A DNA stretch of 64,000 nucleotides from Gammaproteobacteria bacterium (GTDB lineage: Bacteria > Pseudomonadota > Gammaproteobacteria > Ga0077554 > Ga007554). Of this stretch, positions 27,775-34,838 are shown piece by piece. Where the stretch lies: the NCBI GenBank assembly GCA_021731145.1, contig JAKFXX010000007.1:72108-136107 (forward strand). Reading direction: 5' to 3'. Both the position numbers and the translations under genes were made by a program. The number at the start of each line of letters is the position of its first letter. Within the stretch, counting starts at the first letter, position 1. Below the pieces are notes generated by a model. It was not told where the DNA came from, made no database searches, and worked only from the letters and a program-made list of their open reading frames with translations.

Positions 27775-30057
27775 ATGAAACCGATAAAAAAAATAATATG
27801 TTATTTCATGGTGGTAGTGTTGTGCCTGTTGGTTGCATCTTGTGCCGGTCCGATTCGAAAGGCGGAAAACTATGAGGATAAACAGGAATGGATAAATGCG
27901 GTAATTGAGTACCGAAAGGCCTATAACGATGAGCCAAGGAACGTGGAATATAAGTCACGTCTGAAGCATGCCGAATTCAAGGCGGCCGACTATTATTACC
28001 ATCAAGGTATGCTACTTTTGGAGCGGGAAAAAATCGATGAAGCCATAGTTCAACTCCAGCAGGGCTTGACTGCAATGCCCGGTGATGAGCGGCTAATGCA
28101 GGCGATGAACAAAGCGCTTTCAAAAAGAGAGGCCAACAATCTTTATCAAGAAGGAGTTCTGATAGAAGGCGCGGGCAATGCCGACGAAGCGAAGCGCATA
28201 TTCCAAAGGGCCGTAAATGTCTATCCTGATCACAAAGCGGCATCAGAGGCCCTTGCCAATCTTGAAAATAAAAAAATCAAGGAGCGTGATACCGAGAAAT
28301 TCTCGTTGACTTCAGCATCCCCCATTTCGCTGAATTTCCGTCAAGCCGATATGCGCTCAGTTTTTGAGTTCGTTGCCAAATCATTTGGCATAAATATCAT
28401 ATTTGATGAGGCCATCAAGACCATATCCCCCGTCACGGTATTTGCCAAGGATGTTTCCTTCGAGCAAGCTTTGGCCCTGATTAATGTGGCAACCAAAACC
28501 TTCTATAAGAAAATCAGCAAAAATACCATCATAATTGTGCCGGATTCAAAGGACAAGCGTGGTCAATATGAAGATCATATGATGCGTACCTTTTATTTGA
28601 GCACTGTCCGGGCCAAGGAGGCGGCGGATATCCTGAGAGGTGTGATGACAATAAGGAAAATGATCGTCAACGAACCGTTAAATACGCTGGTTGTCCGTGA
28701 TACCGAGGAAGTTATCAGGCAGGTGGAAAAGATTATTGATGTAAACGACAGAAAGCCCGCTGAAATAGTTCTGGAAGTTGAGATCCTGGAGATGAATCGC
28801 ACCAAGGCAGAGCGTCTTGGCCTTGATCTTGGGTCGTATCAAATCAGCGCTGCGGTTCCGTCAGCCATCGCCCTGAGTGGATCCATTAGCGGCGCGATTG
28901 AGAAGGCTTCGCTACTTACGCTTCCTTCGGCGACCTTCAGGTTTTTTAAGCAGGATGTAGATGCCAGGACGCTTGCCAATCCCAAGGTAAGGGTTGTGAA
29001 CGGAAAATCCGCAAAAATCCATATTGGCGACCGTGTGCCGTTACGTGTTTCCACGATCATCAATACGACGGGGCAGGTGAACACAACTTATGATTACAAA
29101 GACATTGGTATAAAGCTTAGCGTTGAACCAACCATAAATCTGGACAATTCATCATCAGTAAAGCTTGGTTTGGAAGTGAGCTCCCTGGGGGCTAATCTGG
29201 GAACGGCGACAGAGCCGGCATTCCTTATCGGTAGCCGAAATGCTGAAACTTTTATGCTGTTGCGTGATGGTGAAACAGCGATTCTGGGCGGTCTTATTCG
29301 TGATGAGGATCGCAAGACGGTAGTAAGGGTTCCATTACTGGGAGACATTCCTGCCGCAGGTTCTCTATTTAGTTCTTACGATATGTCGAAGGGGCGCACC
29401 GACGTGTTGTTGACCATCACGCCTCGTGTTGTGCGAGGCTGGGATCTGCCCGCCAAGGAAGTCCGCCAGTTTTATTCTGGCACCGAAGATAAATATCTTG
29501 ATCAAGCGCCCTTTCAGAGCCTCGCTTCTCCATCATCGGCTGCGGTAAAGGAGGATGCCGGGATTCAGGAGTCCCCGCAGGCACCTGTTAACGAAAGTCC
29601 GGCGGCACCCCCATTGCCAGGCCAGTCGATTGCGCCAGGTATTGGGGGGAATGTTATCCAGTCTCCCGCGCTCGGCTTTTCTAAGCCAGCTTATATGGTC
29701 ATCAATCAAGATGAGGTGGATGTTCAGATTCTTTTTGACAACCTCGCAAAAAACAGGGAGATCGCCACGGAAATACAATTCAATTCAAAGGTGCTGGAAT
29801 TTGTCGGGGGTGATGCGGGCGAATTCAAAGTTGGTTTTTTTCAGGCCGACAAAAATGAGGCAGGAGATGCTGTACGTCTAAGCGCCGGGCTTGCAAATGA
29901 TGCCGTCTCGAAAGAGAAAGGTATTCTGGCAACCCTCCGGTTCCGTGCCTTGAAGCCAGGTGTTTCTGCTCTCACGTATGGTGCCTCATCGGTCAAAAAT
30001 GCGGCGGGTGACATCATTAATCCACAGTCAAATATCTCACGTGTCATTGTACGCTAG
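27775..30057 (+). CDS. gspD: Secretin (GspD/PilQ family) lipoprotein with N-terminal TPR module and C-terminal cohesin-like domain
   Basis: Lipobox LLVASCAG. TPR-like repeats (YRKAYNDEPRN..., AKRIFQRAVNVYPDHKAA). N-domain ISLNFRQADMRSVFEFVAKSFGINIIFDE. Secretin core RVPLLGDIPAAGSLFS. Pro-rich linker. C-terminus EIQFNSKVLEFVGGDAGEF...GILATLRFRALKPGVSAL. Confidence 0.9.
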   Translation: MKPIKKIICYFMVVVLCLLVASCAGPIRKAENYEDKQEWINAVIEYRKAYNDEPRNVEYKSRLKHAEFKAADYYYHQGMLLLEREKIDEAIVQLQQGLTAMPGDERLMQAMNKALSKREANNLYQEGVLIEGAGNADEAKRIFQRAVNVYPDHKAASEALANLENKKIKERDTEKFSLTSASPISLNFRQADMRSVFEFVAKSFGINIIFDEAIKTISPVTVFAKDVSFEQALALINVATKTFYKKISKNTIIIVPDSKDKRGQYEDHMMRTFYLSTVRAKEAADILRGVMTIRKMIVNEPLNTLVVRDTEEVIRQVEKIIDVNDRKPAEIVLEVEILEMNRTKAERLGLDLGSYQISAAVPSAIALSGSISGAIEKASLLTLPSATFRFFKQDVDARTLANPKVRVVNGKSAKIHIGDRVPLRVSTIINTTGQVNTTYDYKDIGIKLSVEPTINLDNSSSVKLGLEVSSLGANLGTATEPAFLIGSRNAETFMLLRDGETAILGGLIRDEDRKTVVRVPLLGDIPAAGSLFSSYDMSKGRTDVLLTITPRVVRGWDLPAKEVRQFYSGTEDKYLDQAPFQSLASPSSAAVKEDAGIQESPQAPVNESPAAPPLPGQSIAPGIGGNVIQSPALGFSKPAYMVINQDEVDVQILFDNLAKNREIATEIQFNSKVLEFVGGDAGEFKVGFFQADKNEAGDAVRLSAGLANDAVSKEKGILATLRFRALKPGVSALTYGASSVKNAAGDIINPQSNISRVIVR

Positions 30058-30538
30058 GAAATACAAACTCCTGGGAGTCACCTTCGTCGAGTTGCTGGTG
30101 ACGCTGGTGATTCTTTCGATTCTCGCGGCGGTTGCATTGCCTTATGCAGAAATTACGGTGCGCCGCAATAAGGAGATTGAATTGCGCCAGGCACTGCGTG
30201 ATATGCGCAGTGCCATTGACCGTTTTCATCTGGACTGGGAAACGGCAAAAATATCGAAATTGGATAATGATGTTAGCGAAAATGGTTACCCAAAAAAATT
30301 GCAAGTATTGGTTGAAGGAGTGGGGTCTGCCCAGGCCAAAGGGACAAAGATTAAATACTTGCGCCGAATTCCTGCCGACCCGTTCTCCGGCCCTGACAAG
30401 CCGTCACTGGAGCACTGGGTGCTGCGCGGTTATCAGGATGCGTCCGATGCCACCTCGTGGGGAGGAACGGATGTTTACGATGTACGGTCATTAAGCCGTC
30501 GCAAGGCGATTGACGGCAGCTTCTACAAGGATTGGTGA
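30041..30538 (+). CDS. GspG-like pseudopilin 1
   Basis: Prepilin motif KLLG/VTFVELLVTLVILSILAAVALP with Glu at +5. GTG at 30041 gives a 12-aa leader; the ATG at 29960 would give an implausible 39-aa leader inside the secretin gene. GspG-like YPKKL...RRIPADPFSG. Confidence 0.7.
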   Translation: MSLYARKYKLLGVTFVELLVTLVILSILAAVALPYAEITVRRNKEIELRQALRDMRSAIDRFHLDWETAKISKLDNDVSENGYPKKLQVLVEGVGSAQAKGTKIKYLRRIPADPFSGPDKPSLEHWVLRGYQDASDATSWGGTDVYDVRSLSRRKAIDGSFYKDW

Positions 30539-30539
30539 C

Positions 30540-30917
30540 ATGCGCCGCAGTATTGTCCACAAGGCGCGCGGCTTTACCTTGGTGGAGCTGATGGTGGTGC
30601 TGGTTTTGATTGTTATACTTGCCAGTCTCGCAGCACCCTTGGTAACCAGCTCAATACAGCGCGGCCGTGAAGCTGTGCTCAAGGAAGATTTATTAGTGAT
30701 GCGTAAAGCAATTGATGATTACTATGCGGATACGGGAAATTATCCGGAGGATATCAAGCAACTGATGGAAAAACGTTATCTGAGGAAAATTCCTGTTGAT
30801 CCTTTAACTGAACGCAGTGATACGTGGCGTGAGGTTCGTGATGATGCGGGGATTGTTGATATAAAAAGTGGAGCGGATGGAAAATCCGCCAATGATGAGT
30901 CATACAGCGAATGGTAG
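30540..30917 (+). CDS. GspG-like pseudopilin 2
   Basis: Leader MRRSIVHKARG/FTLVELMVVLVLIVILASLAAP with Glu at +5. AIDDYYADTGNYPEDIKQL...RKIPVDPLT. Confidence 0.85.
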   Translation: MRRSIVHKARGFTLVELMVVLVLIVILASLAAPLVTSSIQRGREAVLKEDLLVMRKAIDDYYADTGNYPEDIKQLMEKRYLRKIPVDPLTERSDTWREVRDDAGIVDIKSGADGKSANDESYSEW

Positions 30918-30957
30918 TTTATTGTCTTAATCTTAATTTGATGTGAGAGGCTGGTCT

Positions 30958-31392
30958 ATGAAAAAGAGCATGAGATGGTCTTCGGGTTTTACCATGATGG
31001 AGTTGCTGATTGTTCTGGTTATTATCGGATTGTTAGCGGCTTTGGTGGGTCCTGCATTGTTCCAGCGCATCAATCCGGCAAAACAATCGGCGGCGCGCAG
31101 TCAGATTGAAAATTTCATGACAGCTCTCGACACCTATTTTGTAGATAACGGACACTTTCCAACGACACAACAGGGTTTTTTGGCGCTTCGTGTTAAACCG
31201 GAAGGTGATGAAAAGTGGGCGGGGCCTTATCTTAAAAAAGACGTGCCAAACGATCCATGGGGAAATCCATACCAATACCGCGCTCCTGGACACAATGGTG
31301 GCTACGATATTTTATCTCTGGGCGCGGATGGTAAAGAGGGTGGCGAAAATGAAAATATGGATATCAATAGCTGGGAGATCGACAAGAAATAA
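30958..31392 (+). CDS. gspG: Type II secretion major pseudopilin GspG
   Basis: A gagagg RBS precedes the start. MKKSMRWSSG/FTMMELLIVLVIIGLLAALVGP. Canonical GspG body ARSQIENFMTALDTYFVDNGHFPT...GPYLKK..PNDPWGNPYQYRAPGHNGGYDILSLGADGKEGG. Confidence 0.95.
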   Translation: MKKSMRWSSGFTMMELLIVLVIIGLLAALVGPALFQRINPAKQSAARSQIENFMTALDTYFVDNGHFPTTQQGFLALRVKPEGDEKWAGPYLKKDVPNDPWGNPYQYRAPGHNGGYDILSLGADGKEGGENENMDINSWEIDKK

Positions 31393-31897
31393 TCATGATG
31401 GATTTACCTATATCATGGTGCTGGTCGCGGTTGTAATAACCGGCCTGATGGCAGGTGTTGCAGCCACCATCGCATCGCGGGTTATGCAGGCCGAGAGAGA
31501 GAAGGAATTGCTTTTCCGTGGCATGGCTTATCAGAATGCGATAAAAAGCTATTATCAGGCTGGCGCGCAACTTAATACGTTTATCTTTCCGCGCTCGTTA
31601 AACGATTTGCTGAATGACCCGCGCTTTCCCGGCAAACATCATATTCGTGCTCTGTATGTGGACCCAATGGGGAAAGGACGGCGGGAGTGGCGCGTGATCC
31701 GTTCAATTGATGGCGGTATCGCCGGCGTTGTCAGCTCAAGCAAACAAAAATCTTTAAAGACCGCCAACTTCCCCGCTGGACTGGAATCTCTGGCGGGCAA
31801 GAAGTCCTATGCGGAATGGGTTTTTCAGTACAACGCTCCCGCAGCAATCCAAACTCCACGTTCCGTCATGCCACGTGTACCTGTGCAGCAGAAATAG
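31349..31897 (+). CDS. Atypical pseudopilin lacking Glu5
   Basis: Candidate leader MKIWISIAGRSTRNNHDG/FTYIMVLVAVVITGLMAGVAA has Met, not Glu, at +5. GspG-like AIKSYYQAG...LNDPRFPG. The start is uncertain and overlaps the gspG end. Confidence 0.6.
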   Translation: MKIWISIAGRSTRNNHDGFTYIMVLVAVVITGLMAGVAATIASRVMQAEREKELLFRGMAYQNAIKSYYQAGAQLNTFIFPRSLNDLLNDPRFPGKHHIRALYVDPMGKGRREWRVIRSIDGGIAGVVSSSKQKSLKTANFPAGLESLAGKKSYAEWVFQYNAPAAIQTPRSVMPRVPVQQK

Positions 31898-31899
31898 AT

Positions 31900-34236
31900 T
31901 CAAGATTCCGCCGCCTCTCCCGCCTCTCCCGCCTCTCCCGCCTCTCCCGCCTCATACGGTTCGGCATAGCCACATTCCTTTTGCGGACAGACCTTTTCCG
32001 TGCCACGACGCTTGGTGGTTTTGATGGTCATCACCGGCCATTGGCATTTTGGGCAAGGCTCGCTGAGGGGCTCATTCCACACCGCGTAGTTGCAATCCGG
32101 ATAGGTTGCACAGGAGTAGAAGATCTTGCCGTAGCGTGACTTGCGCTTGAGCAGGGTGCCCTTGTGACACTGCGGGCAGTCCACGCCGGTGTCGGCGGGC
32201 TTCTCCAGGGGTTCTATGTGTTTGCAGGCAGGGTAATTGCTGCAACCGATGAACTTGCCGTAGCGGCCCTGGCGGAAGATAAGCGGAGATTCACACTTGG
32301 GGCAGGTGCGGCCTTCCACGACTTCGGGCTCTGTCGCAGCGCCCGCTTCCTCATTGAGGTTGCGGGTGTAATCGCACTCCGGGTAGGTGGTGCAGCCGAT
32401 GAACCGTCCGCGTTTTCCGAGGCGGATCGAGAGCGGTTTGCCGCATTTGGGGCAGGCTTCGTCCAACGCCTCCTGGGTGACATCCTGGCGCTTAACGTTC
32501 TCTTCGGTAGTGTCGACCTGAGTCTTGAAGGGCGTCCAGAAATCGCGCAGGAGCGGAACCCAGTCTTTTTCACCGCGCGACACCGCATCGAGCTCGTCTT
32601 CGAGATGGGCGGTGAAGTCGTAATCCACATAACGCGTGAAATATTCGGTGAGGAACTTGTTGACAATGCGTCCCACGTCGGTGGGTTTGAAGCGCCGCTT
32701 GTCCAGCTCTACATACTCACGCTGCTGGAGCGTGGAGATGATGCTCGCATAGGTGGAGGGGCGGCCGATGCCGTGTTCTTCGAGCGCCTTGATCAGGCTG
32801 GCTTCGCCATAACGCGGGGGTGGCTCGGTGAAATGCTGTTCGGGCTGGATGCCAAGGAGGTCAATTTTTTCCCCTGCCAGCAGCACGGGCAGGCGGCGTT
32901 CATCCTCGCCTTCTTTACCTTCTTCTTTGCTGTCGTCCACGCTTTCCTGGTACACCGCCATGAAGCCGGGGTGGACTATGGTGGAGCCGTTGGCGCGGAA
33001 CAGATTGCCTTCGCCGGCGCTCATGTCGACGCTCACGGTGTCGAGGGTGGCGTGGATCATCTGGCAGGCGATGGTGCGCTTCCAGATCAGGTCATACAGC
33101 TTGTACTGGTCAGCGGTCAGACTGTCCTTGATAGACTCCGGTGCGCGTTCCGCAGCAGTGGGGCGTATCGCCTCGTGGGCCTCCTGGGCATTTTTGGATT
33201 TTGTTTTGTAAACATGCGGTTGCTCGGGCACGTTGTCGCTGCCGAAACGGGTGGCAATGAGGCTACGGATATCGTCCAGCGCCTCGTTTGCCAGGCTCAC
33301 CGAGTCGGTACGCATATAGCTGATCAAACCCACTGCGCCACCGCCGATGTCGATACCCTCATAGAGCTGCTGGGCGAGGCGCATGGTGCGCTGAGCGGTA
33401 AAGCCCAGTTTGCGCGATGCCTCCTGTTGCAGTGTCGAGGTGGTAAACGGCGGTGAAGGATTGCGTTTACGCTGCTTCTTGTCCACCTTGGCGACCACCA
33501 GGGCGCCCGCTGCGGCGCGCAGCAATTCCTCCTCGATTTTGGCGGCCTGCTCGCCATCGGTGACGCTGAACTGGCTGACTTTTTCACCTTGATACTGGAT
33601 GAGTTTGGCGCTGAAGCGGTCGCCTTTTTTGGCGAGGTTGGAGAGTATCGTCCAGTATTCGCGCGTTACGAATTTTTCGATCTCTTCCTCGCGCTCGACG
33701 ATCATGCGCAGCGCCGGGCTTTGCACGCGCCCGGCGGAGAGGCCACGGCGGATTTTTTTCCACAGCAGCGGGGAGAGGTTGAAGCCCACCAGGTAATCCA
33801 GCGCGCGGCGCGCCTGCTGGGCGTTGACCAGCTCCATGGATACCTCGCGCGGATTCGCCACGGCCTCGTTCACGGCGCGTTTGGTGATCTCGTAGAACAC
33901 CACGCGATGCACGGGCTTGTCCTTGAGGAGCTTCTTTTCCTTGAGTATTTCCAGGAGATGCCAGGAGATGGCCTCGCCTTCACGGTCCGGATCGGTTGCC
34001 AGATAGAGCACATCGGCCTTTTTCATGGCGCTGACGATGGCGTCGACGTGCTTTTCATTCCTTTCAATAGTCTGGTACTTCATGGCGAAGCTGTGCTCTG
34101 TATCGACAGCGCCCTCTTTGGGCAGCAGGTCACGCACATGGCCGTAGGAGGCGAGGATGTCGAAGTCCTTGCCCAGGTATTTTTTCAAGGTCTTGGCCTT
34201 GGCGGGCGATTCAACGATAAGGAGATTTTTGGTCAC
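31900..34236 (-). CDS. topA: DNA topoisomerase I
   Basis: Toprim start LLIVESPAKAKTLKKYLG. Active-site region ISYMRTDS. Four C-terminal CxxC zinc-ribbon repeats. Size 778 aa. Confidence 0.97.
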   Translation of the reverse strand: MTKNLLIVESPAKAKTLKKYLGKDFDILASYGHVRDLLPKEGAVDTEHSFAMKYQTIERNEKHVDAIVSAMKKADVLYLATDPDREGEAISWHLLEILKEKKLLKDKPVHRVVFYEITKRAVNEAVANPREVSMELVNAQQARRALDYLVGFNLSPLLWKKIRRGLSAGRVQSPALRMIVEREEEIEKFVTREYWTILSNLAKKGDRFSAKLIQYQGEKVSQFSVTDGEQAAKIEEELLRAAAGALVVAKVDKKQRKRNPSPPFTTSTLQQEASRKLGFTAQRTMRLAQQLYEGIDIGGGAVGLISYMRTDSVSLANEALDDIRSLIATRFGSDNVPEQPHVYKTKSKNAQEAHEAIRPTAAERAPESIKDSLTADQYKLYDLIWKRTIACQMIHATLDTVSVDMSAGEGNLFRANGSTIVHPGFMAVYQESVDDSKEEGKEGEDERRLPVLLAGEKIDLLGIQPEQHFTEPPPRYGEASLIKALEEHGIGRPSTYASIISTLQQREYVELDKRRFKPTDVGRIVNKFLTEYFTRYVDYDFTAHLEDELDAVSRGEKDWVPLLRDFWTPFKTQVDTTEENVKRQDVTQEALDEACPKCGKPLSIRLGKRGRFIGCTTYPECDYTRNLNEEAGAATEPEVVEGRTCPKCESPLIFRQGRYGKFIGCSNYPACKHIEPLEKPADTGVDCPQCHKGTLLKRKSRYGKIFYSCATYPDCNYAVWNEPLSEPCPKCQWPVMTIKTTKRRGTEKVCPQKECGYAEPYEAGEAGEAGEAGEAAES
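31909..31953. repeat. 9-bp tandem repeat (cgcctctcc, about 4.5 copies) inside the 3' end of topA
   Basis: Read directly from the sequence. On the minus strand it encodes the C-terminal EAGEAGEAGEAGEA tail of TopA. Confidence 0.9.
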
Positions 34237-34341
34237 TTGTGCCCTTCAGGGTATAAGTTATGTAGCTATAGAAAACAGCCGCAAAAAGCCACAGGCAGCA
34301 AGCGATGGCCGAAAGCCGCACTTGCTGCCTGCAACGCGCTA

Positions 34342-34821
34342 TTAATGTAAATTGTTGGGCATCTCGTCGAACACGAGGTCTTCCATCCAGGCGAAAGCCG
34401 CTTCCTGGCCGGGCTGATTGAACAGCACCATGAGGATCACCCACTTGAGCTGGGCGAGATCAATTTCCTCGCTCTCCAGGGCCATGATGCGGTCGATCAC
34501 GAGTTCGCGGTTGGCCGGATCAAGCACGCCGAGCTGTTCCAGGAACATCAGAAAGCCGCGGCACTCCAGATCGAGCCGGTTCGTCTCCTGATGGGTGAAG
34601 ACACGAATCGAGTGGCTGGTGGTGAGCATGATCGGCGCGGCGTTTTCCCGCATCTGCGCCATGCCTTCCAGCCAGGTGAAGGCCTTGTCGATCTCGCCGT
34701 AGTGAAAGCCGGCCTCAATGAGTTCTTTCCTCAGCGCCTCCTGGTCAGGGGTAGTTTCCAGCTCGCCGTCGAGGTAGTTCTCGAACAGGTACATCAGGAC
34801 ATCCAACACATTTTCTTTCAT
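34342..34821 (-). CDS. smg: Smg (DUF494) protein
   Basis: MKENVLDVLMYLFENYLD... is the typical Smg N-terminus. Conserved position between dprA and topA. Confidence 0.9.
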   Translation of the reverse strand: MKENVLDVLMYLFENYLDGELETTPDQEALRKELIEAGFHYGEIDKAFTWLEGMAQMRENAAPIMLTTSHSIRVFTHQETNRLDLECRGFLMFLEQLGVLDPANRELVIDRIMALESEEIDLAQLKWVILMVLFNQPGQEAAFAWMEDLVFDEMPNNLH

Positions 34822-34838
34822 TTCAGGACCTCCTGCGC

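Noticed and set aside
29960-30040. ATG at 29960 as the start of the first pseudopilin
   Set aside because: It would give a 39-aa leader lying wholly inside the secretin gene. GTG at 30041 gives a normal short, basic prepilin leader ending in Gly.
31816-32139. 107-aa plus-strand ORF with SRLSRLSRLSRL repeat (and the PPLPPLPPLPPLPP frame at 31809-32024)
   Set aside because: Both are alternative-frame readings of the 9-bp tandem repeat inside the topA 3' end, not independent genes.
32164-33456. 430-aa plus-strand ORF (and the 253-aa ORF at 33589-34350) antisense to topA
   Set aside because: These are shadow ORFs of a high-GC gene with no motifs, whereas topA on the minus strand is unambiguous.
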